Positions 31,371 to 41,705 of a DNA stretch of 64,000 nucleotides are shown one piece after another. Made by a program: the position numbers and the translations under genes. The DNA is from an uncultured delta proteobacterium (GTDB taxonomy: Bacteria; Myxococcota; B64-G9). Location of the stretch: assembly GCA_963754925.1 (NCBI GenBank), contig CAVWHX010000007.1, positions 96,001 through 160,000 of the forward strand, in the 5' to 3' direction. How positions within the stretch are numbered: the stretch's first letter is position 1; every line of letters begins with the position of its first letter. The notes under the pieces were generated by a model. The model was not told the origin of the DNA. It made no database searches and worked only from the letters and a program-made list of their open reading frames with translations.

Positions 31371-33056
31371 TCAGGGGACGGCAGCTGCCTGGGCTTCGGC
31401 TATTTCATCATTGTAGTCCGCTTGCAACAGGAAGCCGGCATTGAGAAGCTTCTGGGCCGCCGCCGTGTATTTGTTCACGTAATCGGCATGCGAAGAGTAC
31501 AGACTGTTCAACGTGGCTGAACTAAATGGCGTGTCGAAACCTTCGAGTAGGCAGATACCTAATGCACGATTGGCCCAGGTCGTTGAACTGAGCGGCCAGC
31601 TGGGTGTTCCATTGCCGGTGAGCAACGTCAGAACGTTGCCGACTGAACTCAGAATGCTGGAGACACTGACATCGCCGACGTACGTGGATAAGTTCCAGTA
31701 GGTGTAAGTTTTTATCGGCACATCCATTTCGGGTAGACGGACCCCGCCCTCGGCGTTGCCGTACTGGTCGTACTCTATGATATTGAAGAGCGGCAGCGTT
31801 AGGATTGGATTTGCCGTCGGCGCAGGCGTGCCGGTATTAACCCACGTATTGAGGGCCGCGAAGGCGGCGTTTTCAATCCGGTAATTTGGCAGGCTGTCTG
31901 CCAATCCGCCGCCGAAGTCCGAGAGCACGCCAAACATGCACGCCGGCGGTGGCCATTGCAGATCTCGATAGGCTACGGTGACCTCATAAATGCCTTCTTG
32001 CAAATCGATGTGCGCCCCGCCCGCCATCTCCCAGGTGCGCAGGTAATTGTTATCCGGCTGCCTGCCCCACGAGAAGAGCAGCTCGACCAGGTCTCCTTCG
32101 GCCTCAAGTTGAAGCACTGGGGTAGTGTTGTCCGTGCGAATCTGGGCGATCGGGGAAACGTTTGCGAGGCCGTCACCGATTGGCGCCTCGGTGCTAGCCC
32201 GGCCGTGGAGGAGGAAGCCGTCATAGACGCGAGCGCGGGGATGAATCGCGTTGACGTAGGTGGTCAGTCGAATGGCTGACGCAGAATCACCGCACCCAAG
32301 CAGCTTCTTCGGCGTGAGTCCGCCCAGGATGGTCGCCGATTGAGCCTTGACGGCCTTGGCAGCCTGGGTGAAGATGTCGAAGGATTGTCCGTCTGAACTA
32401 ATGGAGAGCGCGCCATAGCGGGCTGGATCCCACCATTTTAGGAAATTCGCACCGGCGCTGAGATTTTGTGCCGTGACGCCCACGTAGGCGTAGCCTTCCC
32501 GGAAGAAGAAATCACGGGATTCCGCCCAGTCTGGAGAAGTGGAGGAATACGTTATCTCATTGAGCCACTCGAAAACCACTGTGCCGTTGAATTTGGCTGG
32601 ATTGGTTGGGTAACGAACGATGATACGCGTAACGTACGGCACGTTCGACTGCGCAACCGAGACATTCCAAAGACCATCGGTATCCCATACGCCCGATGCA
32701 CTATAGATGTTGGTAGTGCCCGAGATCATAAACTCTTTTTCCGCATATCCGAGCGCGTTGAGATCAAACACCGGGGAGGAACCGCCCGGGCCCGAATAAA
32801 CTTGCGCGGTCGGTACAGCGTTGTAAGGATGGCCGTGCGAACCGCTCGAGTAGGGAATCTCTGCGACCGTCGGCACCGTTCCCGAAAGATCGGTGGTGGA
32901 ACCTTGCCCATTACCACCTCCCAAAAGATCGGTGATATCACAGGATGCAGCAACGAAAGAAACCAGCACAATCAGCGATAATTTCCAAGTTCCCATAGAG
33001 CACCTCCTCATGAAAAAATGTGATAAGAAATATCCCCCAAAAAATAAGGCAACCAC
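31371..33056 (-). CDS. Secreted/lipoprotein alpha/beta-hydrolase domain protein (start uncertain)
   Basis: FNGTVVFEWLN, GYAYVGVTAQ, GDSASA, WEMAGGAH, GNAEGGVRLP motifs. Confidence 0.8.
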   Translation of the reverse strand: MVALFFGGYFLSHFFMRRCSMGTWKLSLIVLVSFVAASCDITDLLGGGNGQGSTTDLSGTVPTVAEIPYSSGSHGHPYNAVPTAQVYSGPGGSSPVFDLNALGYAEKEFMISGTTNIYSASGVWDTDGLWNVSVAQSNVPYVTRIIVRYPTNPAKFNGTVVFEWLNEITYSSTSPDWAESRDFFFREGYAYVGVTAQNLSAGANFLKWWDPARYGALSISSDGQSFDIFTQAAKAVKAQSATILGGLTPKKLLGCGDSASAIRLTTYVNAIHPRARVYDGFLLHGRASTEAPIGDGLANVSPIAQIRTDNTTPVLQLEAEGDLVELLFSWGRQPDNNYLRTWEMAGGAHIDLQEGIYEVTVAYRDLQWPPPACMFGVLSDFGGGLADSLPNYRIENAAFAALNTWVNTGTPAPTANPILTLPLFNIIEYDQYGNAEGGVRLPEMDVPIKTYTYWNLSTYVGDVSVSSILSSVGNVLTLLTGNGTPSWPLSSTTWANRALGICLLEGFDTPFSSATLNSLYSSHADYVNKYTAAAQKLLNAGFLLQADYNDEIAEAQAAAVP

Positions 33057-33201
33057 ACATGGCAGAAAACTCCTATGTCTTCATTTCCCAAAAAACTGAC
33101 TCTATATCTTGGAATTGACAATGAACCTTATTCAACTTCTTATGTCAATGAAAATATTTCGCCTCAGTGAAATACTTATATGAAATGGGCTGAGCAAGGG
33201 C

Positions 33202-33438
33202 TGTCATTCGCCAAAACTCGTCATTATTGATAAATAAGTATTTTTATGCCGCCTGCACTATACCCTACTCCACATTGAAATCTTACCAGATAGTTTCGCT
33301 CGCGCCATTATGTCGTTATGATTTATTCAGTCTTCAAGCTCATCTTTTCCAACATCCAGGATTGTGAGTTCACTAATTCAAGCTTGCCGTGGTTTGGTTG
33401 ACTTGTTTTTTCTCTTGGAGTTGGGTTGGCGAGGGACA
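33202..33438 (+). mobile_element. MITE-like repeat copy 1 (full length, 237 bp)
   Basis: TGTCATTCGCCAAAA...TTGGCGAGGGACA; core CAAGCTCATCTTTTCCAACATCCAGGATTGTGAGTTCAC; first ~115 bp align to the left end of the 30138 element. Confidence 0.9.
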
Positions 33439-33831
33439 GGCTGTTTTTGAACGTGATGCAAAACCTTGGATACCGCTATCCCCTGCGGGCCTGATGCCTG
33501 TAACGTCGTACGGACTGAGATCAACCGGAAGTTCTCGGGTGAAGTGTGTTCGGAACAGCCGAACGTGTCACCTGTAGACCATCGCTGATTTATTTTGCCG
33601 TGTTTCTTATGTGTGATGTTGAAATTTACCTGCCACTTCATTCCATAATCGGCTGGTTCGCTCGTCAATATTCAAATCCGACGCTTTATACTTCGAAACG
33701 AAATGACCTGTGAGAAGATCGGGCTAGTGCCTCTTCGACTATGAAGATGATCTCATTTCCATTCATGAGGTTATTTTAATCCCTCAATAAATTGTTTGTC
33801 AATGAACTTCCCGGCTGAGGTTGGGCAAGCC

Positions 33832-35081
33832 CAGGTAGATCTGACACCACCTCTTTCTGCTCTCAGGAGCATGGGGAGCAAGGGATTGGCAATGTTGAAG
33901 GGAAAGCTTCCTTGGGGGGCTAGCCCCCCAAGGAAGCCGCGGCAACAAAAAAGGAGATGAGGTCAGGACCAAAATCCTCTTGAATGAAGGTTTGCGAAGA
34001 CTTTCATCACAAGGAGGTACGGCCCTGACCCCATTTAGTTATTACGCCATGACCACCACGAAAGACCATAAATATTCGCTTCGCCTTCAGTTGGTGCAGT
34101 ACGCCACGACCCACGGCATACGCCCCGCTGCGCGTGCCTTTGCTACCACCCCCAACACCGTACGGCGATGGCGTGCCCGCTTTGACGCCGGCGGTCGTAC
34201 CTCACTCCAGGACCGCTCCCGGAGACCCAAGACCTGCCCCCACAAGACTTCCCGGTACCAAGAAGCGAAGATCCTCAACGCACGCAAGAAGGTTCCCTGC
34301 TTCGGACCGCGCCGCCTGCGCGACCTGTTTGGAATCACTGCTTCCTCTGGCGCCATCGCTCGCATCCTGCGCCAGCAAGGCTTATCGGGCCGCCGTCGCA
34401 AAAAGCGTCAGCGCAAAAACGACCTGCGGGCTATCAAAGCTAAATACAGATGCTTCCAACGCCTCCAGGCCGATATGAAACCCCTCTTCGATATCCCCGC
34501 CTACTGGCCGCAGATGAAGAAACTCGGCCTCCCCAAACACCAGTACACCCACCGTGATGTCAAAAGCGGTGCTCTCTTTATCTCTTACGCCGACGAGCTC
34601 TCCACCACCTACGCCACCATGACCTCCCGGCGCTTGCTGACCCACCTGAAAAAGCATCTCGTCAACCTCCGCCGTGCTATCTTGTCCACCGACAACGGCG
34701 TCGAATATGGTGGCCATGACAAGAACGAGCGGGAACGAGGCTTCCATGCCAAAATCCAGCAGGCCGGGATCATCCACCGCTTCCTGCCCCCTGCCACCCC
34801 AAACGCCCACGCCGATGTCGAGAGTTCCCATGCATCCATTGAACAGGAGTTCTTTGATCTCGAACCATTTACATCCAGACAGGACTTCTTCCAGAAGGTC
34901 TCTATCTACCAACACTGGTGGAACTTCGCCAGACCCAACTACTCCAAGAGCGCTAAAACACCCGCACAACTCTTGGAGGATGAAGGCCTTGACCCAAGCA
35001 TCCTCTTGCTCCTACCCGTTGACCTTGAGGCCTGGTTCAGGACGACGACTTACTTTCCTCAGGTGGTGTCACATCTACCTG
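33832..35081 (+). mobile_element. IS481-like insertion sequence
   Basis: 21-bp inverted repeats CAGGTAGATCTGACACCACCT / AGGTGGTGTCACATCTACCTG around a transposase ORF. Confidence 0.85.
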
Positions 35082-35116
35082 TTGACGCCGCTTCCCGGCT
35101 GAGGTGGGCTGATTAG
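34049..35116 (+). CDS. IS481-like DDE transposase
   Basis: HTH (AARAF...TVRRWRARF...DRSRRP), QADMK, TDNGVEY, VESSH motifs. Confidence 0.85.
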   Translation: MTTTKDHKYSLRLQLVQYATTHGIRPAARAFATTPNTVRRWRARFDAGGRTSLQDRSRRPKTCPHKTSRYQEAKILNARKKVPCFGPRRLRDLFGITASSGAIARILRQQGLSGRRRKKRQRKNDLRAIKAKYRCFQRLQADMKPLFDIPAYWPQMKKLGLPKHQYTHRDVKSGALFISYADELSTTYATMTSRRLLTHLKKHLVNLRRAILSTDNGVEYGGHDKNERERGFHAKIQQAGIIHRFLPPATPNAHADVESSHASIEQEFFDLEPFTSRQDFFQKVSIYQHWWNFARPNYSKSAKTPAQLLEDEGLDPSILLLLPVDLEAWFRTTTYFPQVVSHLPVDAASRLRWAD

Positions 35117-35180
35117 CTTCGTAAACTGGTTGGCAACTTCCAAGGGTTCTCGGTTGATGCAGGTGGGGCCCGCCCGGCAA

Positions 35181-35402
35181 GCGCCGCCGCCGGAGCTGCC
35201 GATCGAGCGCGGGATGGCGGGACCGGGGCTTTTGACCGACACCATCGTCCGGCGCTGGCAGGACCATTTGCCGTTGCACCGGTTGGAGAGAATCTACGGC
35301 CGCGAAGGTCTCGAACTGCCGCGTTCAACCGTGTGCACATGGCACACGGCGCTTGCCACGTTGGTCAAGCCGCTTATCGACGACCTGTGGGCCGATGCAC
35401 TG
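35181..35402 (+). pseudogene. IS66 TnpC transposase internal fragment
   Basis: PIERGMAGPGLL...WQDHLPLHRLERIYGREGLELPRSTVCTW; no start or ends. Confidence 0.85.
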
Positions 35403-35405
35403 ATT

Positions 35406-35801
35406 CTAATGGGTTCGCTTTACTTGGTACTTAGTAATCATCTTATTTAGAACGCTTTTCAAATCTTCTACATTAGTTTTTGATATTTTGTTTGAAATAT
35501 TAATAATATTTCCTTTTGTGTCAACATAATAACTCGTATTTCCTTTTACCATTTTTAATCTGACGCGATAATAATCAAATACTCCGGGAATGTCAGAATT
35601 CAATAATTTTGTTAGTTCAATAGCTAGATCTGAATGCGCCGGCACATTGAAAGTATATAAAGATTTTTCTTCTATATTTTCAACAGTGACAGGAAGATAT
35701 GTTTGGTTCCTAAAAGGAATGTAGTAAATTTTCATAAGTTCCTCCCCCAGAGCACATTCCGAGAAACTTATCAATACAAACATAATAATAGAAGCAAACA
35801 T
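35406..35801 (-). CDS. Putative immunity protein for the upstream Rhs metallopeptidase tip
   Basis: Very AT-rich ORF with N-terminal signal-like segment, starting just after the reconstructed toxin stop at 35843. Confidence 0.55.
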   Translation of the reverse strand: MFASIIMFVLISFSECALGEELMKIYYIPFRNQTYLPVTVENIEEKSLYTFNVPAHSDLAIELTKLLNSDIPGVFDYYRVRLKMVKGNTSYYVDTKGNIINISNKISKTNVEDLKSVLNKMITKYQVKRTH

Positions 35802-35899
35802 TTTTTTGAACAAAATAAATCTCCTTCTGTATCCAAGTTCCACTAATATTGAGTCCTTGAAGGCTCTCCTTGACGTGCCCCCGTTCATAGGACCACTCT

Positions 35900-36811
35900 C
35901 TATGAGAGTTGTTCATGGTTAACCATCGTTCCTTTATCCATAGCAACACCAGTTTTCAGAGCGAAGGGAGCCGGAGGCGACCGAAGCTCTGAAAACTGTC
36001 GCGCGAACTCCGCCGGTGTCTCCTGTCCCAGCGAACTGTGCGGCCGCACATGATTGTAATCCATCCGCCATGATTCGATTTTATTACGAGCATCTTGTAG
36101 ATTTATAAACCAATGTTGATTGAGACATTCATCTCGAAATTTGCCGTTGAAGCTTTCGATCAAGGCATTCTGCACCGGCTTGCCCGGCTCGATAAAATGC
36201 AACTGCACCCCATGCCGGTACGCCCAGAGGTCCAGCGCACGACTCGTGAACTCCGGACCGTTATCCGTCACCATCGCTTCGGGATACCTACCCCGTTCAG
36301 CGGCAATATCGTCCAAAATCCTGGCCACCCGGCTGCCGGAAATGGACGTGTCTACGGGTAAGGCAAGACTCTCTCGACTGAATTCATCCAGCACGCTCAA
36401 CACCTTCAACCGTCGCCCATCTGAGAGACAATCAGATAGAAAATCCATCGACCATCGCTCGTTGAGTCCTTCCGGAAGACGCAGCGGCTGCCGCGCGATG
36501 CTCCGGTATCTCTTGCGCTGCTTCTTCCTCACGCTCAATCCCTCTTGCCGATACAGCCGATACACCCGCTTGTGATTCACCACATACCCTTCCCGCCGCA
36601 ATAACACCTGCAACCGTCGATATCCGAAGCGTACCCGCTGCGCCGCAAGCTCTAAAAGACGCTCCCGCAACTGCGGATACAGTTGGCCTACCGAACGGTA
36701 CCGAAAGCTCGATCGCCCGATCCTCATCAGCCCGCAGGCGCGTCGTTCGCTCACCCCAAATTCCTCGCGGGCATGCACAACGGCCTGCTTTCGCGCTGCG
36801 GGCTTCACCAT
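35900..36811 (-). CDS. IS3 OrfB (DDE catalytic domain)
   Basis: RFGYRR, WSMDF, DNGPEF, PGKPVQNALIESFNGKFRDECLN, YNHVRPHSSL motifs. Confidence 0.95.
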   Translation of the reverse strand: MVKPAARKQAVVHAREEFGVSERRACGLMRIGRSSFRYRSVGQLYPQLRERLLELAAQRVRFGYRRLQVLLRREGYVVNHKRVYRLYRQEGLSVRKKQRKRYRSIARQPLRLPEGLNERWSMDFLSDCLSDGRRLKVLSVLDEFSRESLALPVDTSISGSRVARILDDIAAERGRYPEAMVTDNGPEFTSRALDLWAYRHGVQLHFIEPGKPVQNALIESFNGKFRDECLNQHWFINLQDARNKIESWRMDYNHVRPHSSLGQETPAEFARQFSELRSPPAPFALKTGVAMDKGTMVNHEQLS

Positions 36812-37071
36812 TTTCTTGAGTTGATATCCCTCAAGATCTGGTTGTCGAGAGTGAGATCGGCCACGGCACGCTTCAGCCTTCGGTTTTCTTCCTCAAGCTG
36901 CTTCAGCCGCCGCGCCTCGCTGACGTCCATCCCGCCGTACTTGGATTTCCAACGGTAGTACGTTTGTTCGCAGAAGCCATGTGTGCGACAGAGATCAGAC
37001 AGCTTCACCCCCGCTTCGGCTTCTTTCAATATCCCGATGATCTTATCCTCAGAAAACCGTTTCCCTTTCAT
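36805..37071 (-). CDS. IS3 OrfA (HTH)
   Basis: RFSEDKIIGIL...YYRWKSKYGGM...LEEENRRLK. Confidence 0.95.
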   Translation of the reverse strand: MKGKRFSEDKIIGILKEAEAGVKLSDLCRTHGFCEQTYYRWKSKYGGMDVSEARRLKQLEEENRRLKRAVADLTLDNQILRDINSRKW

Positions 37072-37146
37072 TGAGCAAGCTCCTTTCCGGCATTCTAGCC
37101 GAAGGAACTCTCATTGAAAATGGTCCAGTTTTTGGGGGGCAGGTCA

Positions 37147-37860
37147 TCCTAGCCCCTGTCTGATAGGATTCTCATTTTGATTAACATTATCCATATTATT
37201 AGGCCCGGTATCTCCGACACCAGTAGCTGCATGTCCAATTTCGTGACCAAGAATAGATGGTGTTGACGCAGGGAGTGGACCGTTTGTAGTTTGAACAACA
37301 GGATGGAAATTGGGGTCAACAACAACAGTATTTGTACTAGGATCGAAATAAGCATCATCTGTAGTGCCAGTTATATTATATGTGGTACTCGAATCTTCCA
37401 GGGTTTTACAAAGACTAGCGCCACGTTTGGTTGTTTTTACCTTATTATATGCTTGTTGCAAAGCAGTTACTGTTGGTACATCACCTGTAAATGTGACTTT
37501 TAGCCCATCAATGTCAATAAATGCAACAGGATCATTGAAGACGTACCCATACAGATTCACATCTCCGCCCCTGAATCTTATCGGATCCTTCGCCGTCCAC
37601 CTTCCGGCAACTGGGTCATAGTCCCTCGCCCCGAATCGAACGATCCCGGTATCTCTATCGTACAACCCTCCCGCGAACCCGAAGGGCTGGAAGCCGGGGT
37701 AGGTGTCGTTGGCGACGTTCCCGAACTCGTCGTAGTTCATCTGATGAACGATTGCTCCGGTGCTTGAGTTTACAACGAATCGCGGACTGCCCAGGTGGTC
37801 GGCGATGATGCGATAGTTCTGGCCACCTTGAATCATATATTCCGGTACATTCACTTTCGT
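37147..37860 (-). pseudogene. Orphan Rhs core fragment with HExxH metallopeptidase-like toxin tip, interrupted by IS3
   Basis: [23 protein letters not shown] core end, then GHEIGHA...ENPIRQGLG; last codons EPSRTQY* lie at 35843-35866. Confidence 0.85.
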
Positions 37861-38111
37861 TAGGTGCCGCAAAGGTCGGACGTATTTTTCGGTTTGCATG
37901 CAAATATAATCAAGGCCATAAAAAATATCTAGCTGACTTGAAATAATTGGAATCAGCGAAATAGGCAAAATAATTATACGGTGAAAACGCACGCATTTGA
38001 ATTTACTTCATCCTCACGCGACGGTTAGGCCTTTATCCCAATGGAGCGTCAAGGTGACCACGTCCATATCTCCGTATCAAACTAACCAATGTAGTTATGA
38101 CAAAGATTAAG

Positions 38112-38396
38112 CTATTCGCCAATAAAATTACCATCAGGTGACATAATAAAATCGGACGATCTAGGTATGACGCTGCGCAACCCACCATCATCTACTGCTA
38201 CAATGACGCGAATATTCTTTGATGACTTGCTGTCAAAAAATACATTTATTTCTACATTAAATTTTTTACCAGAATCACCGATTGCATCAATAACATTGTT
38301 CTTGCGATTCAAATATGTACATAGTTCTTTGTACGATTTATTTCTCAATATGACTATTTGCTCCTCTAATATCTTGTTCTCCTCATTTTGAAACAT
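38112..38396 (-). CDS. Putative immunity protein
   Basis: 94-aa AT-rich ORF starting 1 nt after the Rhs-CT stop. Confidence 0.7.
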   Translation of the reverse strand: MFQNEENKILEEQIVILRNKSYKELCTYLNRKNNVIDAIGDSGKKFNVEINVFFDSKSSKNIRVIVAVDDGGLRSVIPRSSDFIMSPDGNFIGE

Positions 38397-38397
38397 T

Positions 38398-39318
38398 TTA
38401 CCTCCAGGGCAATAGAATACTTAATATGATATCACTACCCTTTACACCAGACTGCCATATTATAATTTGAATATGCGAAAGATTGCCGAATGATCCAAAT
38501 GTATGGTGAGCCTCATGTAAAGCAATCCGAAAGTTTATCGAATCAGCATAACAAGCACCTCGCCGAAACAATTCTCCAACCCAGCTTCCTGCAGCCACTA
38601 TTTCTGGTCCTAACGCTAATCCGGTCACTGTTGCACCAAAAATTGCCCAACCGATCAGCTCCTCTTCGGTTATAGGGATATTGCTCGTATCTCCCCATTT
38701 ACCTGCCATTGTAACACTTCCAGTTTCTAGCCCATTGTTGTCGATCAGATTGACTGGATCATTCAGCACGTACCCAAACAAATTCGTATCACCACCACTG
38801 AATCCTATCGGATCCTTCACCGTCCATCTTCCTGTCGATGGGTCGTAATCCCGTGCCCCAAATCGGACTAGGCCGGTATCTCTATCATACAACCCACCCG
38901 CGAACCCAAACGGTTGGAACCCGGGGTTGGAGTCGGAAGTGACATTGCCGAACTCGTCGTAATTCATCTGCTGTGCAATCGCTCCGGTGCTTGTGTTTAC
39001 AACGAAGCGCGGACTGCCCAGGTGGTCGGTGATGATGCGATAGTTCTGGCCTCCTTGGATCATATACTCTGGGACGTTCGCTCTGGTTCCGTACACGAAG
39101 CGACTTTTTAAATTACCGCTTCCGTTCAGTTCAGCGACAATTCGTAATTGTCCATCATACAAGAATCCTTGCGTCAGCGTACCGTTGACCTTCTTACCGA
39201 TCCTACGATTTCGCCCGTCAATCACATAGTTGATTTGGTTACCATTCGGCAACGTAACCGAACGCAGATTCCCGAGCACATCGTATTGATAATTTGTCGT
39301 CTGATTGCCGGCGGTTTC
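38398..39318 (-). pseudogene. Orphan Rhs core fragment plus variable toxin tip (His-rich, HEAHHTF...SHIQ)
   Basis: 38633-39318 nearly identical to 41950-42635; no native start. Confidence 0.85.
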
Positions 39319-39319
39319 C

Positions 39320-39631
39320 CAGTTTGAAGGATTGTAGATACTTCACTAATAAAAGCATCAAGTAATGCATTCTGGTTGTCATAATCATATCGTTCAAAAA
39401 TGTGATGCCTGTCGCCATACGACCACTCTGCTTCAACGTCATAAATATAGAATGTTAGAAGACCAATACTCCCTTTATAATAAAAGTATTTTTCTTATAG
39501 TAACTCGTATTATTTTCTTGTATCAAATCCAATTTGTCCATTTGGATTGATAATCGTGCCAATACTTCATTGATAAACTCAAGGCACTTTTTCTGAAAGC
39601 TGGTGATCTCTTTTTCATATTTAGAGGTCAT
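39320..39631 (-). pseudogene. Decayed small AT-rich ORF, possible orphan immunity gene
   Basis: MTSKYEKEIT...VLVF* followed by plausible continuation IYDVEAEWSYG. Confidence 0.35.
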
Positions 39632-39708
39632 AATTTCTACTTTCCAAAACGCCAGAGATCTATATGCCCCTCATTAATAATACGATTCGCTGGGAGGGGG
39701 GGGGCACC

Positions 39709-40285
39709 CTACTCTTTTTTTAATTCTTTGAGAATCGCATTTATCCGTTTGATCTCGTCTGGGTCGCTTGGCTCATTGCCTCTTAAATAGCGGCGCATCG
39801 AAGATTCTATTACCGATACTATATATTTGGCTTTAGCGGTACCAACATTTTTATATTGTTCAAGCAGTGCAATGGCTTTGTCTTTCGCCCTAATTCCGTC
39901 CCGTTGCATAAAGATGTAAAATGAAGGAACCAGACAAGAGGGTTCTCTATCCAGCATTATCTCACAATCGGACACTGGAAACGGAATGCCCAACTTAATG
40001 TATCGAATGTACCTGTCCCAGAACTCGACCTCGGTGACATCAGGGTATTTGGTTCTTGCCCACTTTTAATAGTTCATACATTCTTGTGCTTGATCTTTTA
40101 ACAAAGCTGGCATCAAGATTCTTTGCGGACTCATATCCATAGTCATCGATCCTAAAATAAAGGCAAGCTAGGTTAGTGACAGCCTCAATTGGTGGATCAG
40201 GCTCCTGAATGACCTCGTCGTAAAACTGGGAAGCCTCGATGTCGTTTCCACTACGATCTGCAGCGATTGCTTGTTGAATGCTCAT
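39709..40285 (-). pseudogene. Frameshifted hypothetical gene, possible orphan immunity gene
   Basis: GGAGG RBS; pieces 40040-40285 and 39709-39993. Confidence 0.5.
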
Positions 40286-40355
40286 CTGAACCTCCCGGGT
40301 AGGTTAAGTCCTGCATCTTGAATAATACCATTTAATACTTGTACCCATGAATATA

Positions 40356-40670
40356 TTATTCGTCAATTGAAGGATCAGATGCGTTCTCACCTAAGACAGA
40401 TATAAGAAATCTCTCCATCTCTAAAATCTCGGAAGAAGCTTCTTCATATGAGACATCGTCGCCTATTGTTGTACGTCTAATCTCAAGTGGCGTCTAACGT
40501 GAATACCAAGAGTGTATGAACTTCTGGTCTTTAATATCACCAGCATCAAGAGACGACTCAAGCTCATATACTAAACGTCTAAATGATAGATTTCCTTTGC
40601 GGTATTCACTGATAGAATAAATCATTGATCTAATTAAACGGGTTTGATGATCTGTTCCCAACATATGCAT
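40356..40670 (-). pseudogene. Probable immunity gene with in-frame TAG at 40494-40496
   Basis: 105-codon frame starting 2 nt after the toxin-tip stop: MHMLGTDHQTRLIRSM...HSWYSR*TPLEI... Confidence 0.55.
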
Positions 40671-40672
40671 GT

Positions 40673-41110
40673 CTAATGTCCTGTCTTGATGACGGTTATT
40701 ACAACATTAACAGCTGCATTTGTAACTACTTGTAAATTCTCAAATGTATAAACAAGAGTATCTGGTAAATTACCTGCTGTTTCCGTTCCAAACTGAATTG
40801 CATTTTGAACAGCTGAAGGAGGAACACTTCGTCCACCAAATATCACTGGCTGCATTCTTGTAAAAGCTTCTACTGAGTATTCGATACCGTTAATTATTTG
40901 TCTACCAGAATTTGGTGATGGCTAGAGACTGTTTGTACCACCACACTTACTAACCAAGAAAGGCGCGCCTGCTGTAATTGCTGCAATGATCGCAGGCATC
41001 TCTAAAATAACTGCCCCACTAAGCGCAGACGTCATGCCTATACCAAGTGCCCAGTCCGCTACATCGTATTTATCCAACCAATTAGCAATGTCAAGCCACG
41101 CATCGGTTCC
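40673..41110 (-). pseudogene. Orphan toxin tip, RNase-like (DUF4258/BECR-like pattern), in-frame stop near 40923
   Basis: Hydrophobic pre-toxin helix, then EAFTRM...RSVPPSAVQNAIQFG...VVTN...VITV. Confidence 0.5.
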
Positions 41111-41163
41111 ATTTAGACGGAGACCAGAACCGCGTAGATTCTGGGAAACAATGGCTTTATCAA

Positions 41164-41688
41164 TTATCTGACCGGCACAGCGTTGTTTTTATCTCTTACG
41201 ATGTAAACCGTTTCGCCATCGTGAAAGACAAGAATCAGAACATCCCCTGTCTGGCCAGTAACTTCTGTTCGAGGCTCCATTTGAAGAGATAGAAATAAAT
41301 TCGATAGCGTAGTCTCTCGTCTGCTTACTAAATCGAAATACTTCTCAAAAATTGAGATGTGTGTTGTGTCTGTGCAAAGAATTAATGTGATTGTATCACC
41401 ATATGTGGCGCGTATTGCTTTGTTGACTATGTCATGGTCAACGCTGCTCTCTATGCAGTTCAGACGGTAGAACCCGTTACCATGATCTCCTTTTACGAGA
41501 TCAATAGTTCGACGAATAACCGAGACATCCTTGGATTCACGATTCCATTCAAAAAAGAACACCTTAAATTGTTGATTGTTGCGCAGCATAATATTGAGAT
41601 AATCCTTGACCACAAAATACCCTGGACCTTGGTCAATTTTAGTGTGTTCTTTTAGCCGTCTTTCTTCGTAGACAACTTGCGCTAGCAT
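41164..41688 (-). CDS. Putative immunity protein
   Basis: 174-aa ORF with GGAG RBS directly after the Rhs stop. Confidence 0.7.
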   Translation of the reverse strand: MLAQVVYEERRLKEHTKIDQGPGYFVVKDYLNIMLRNNQQFKVFFFEWNRESKDVSVIRRTIDLVKGDHGNGFYRLNCIESSVDHDIVNKAIRATYGDTITLILCTDTTHISIFEKYFDLVSRRETTLSNLFLSLQMEPRTEVTGQTGDVLILVFHDGETVYIVRDKNNAVPVR

Positions 41689-41705
41689 TCAATACTCCAT
41701 AGTTA

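Larger units (their letters stand above)
35871..37146 (-). mobile_element. IS3-family element (IS407-like)
   Basis: TG...CA imperfect inverted repeats (TGACCTGCCCCC / TGACGTGCCCCC), 4-bp TCCT duplication, overlapping orfA/orfB. Confidence 0.93.

Noticed and set aside
33199..33441. 3-bp GGC target duplication around repeat copy 1
   Set aside because: Not seen at other copies, and right flanks begin with GG in most copies anyway, so likely chance.
33378..33668. ORFs largely or partly made of repeat sequence (also 43799-44056, 55318-55662, 55583-55810, 57700-57933)
   Set aside because: The shared peptides come from the repeat itself; no independent coding evidence.
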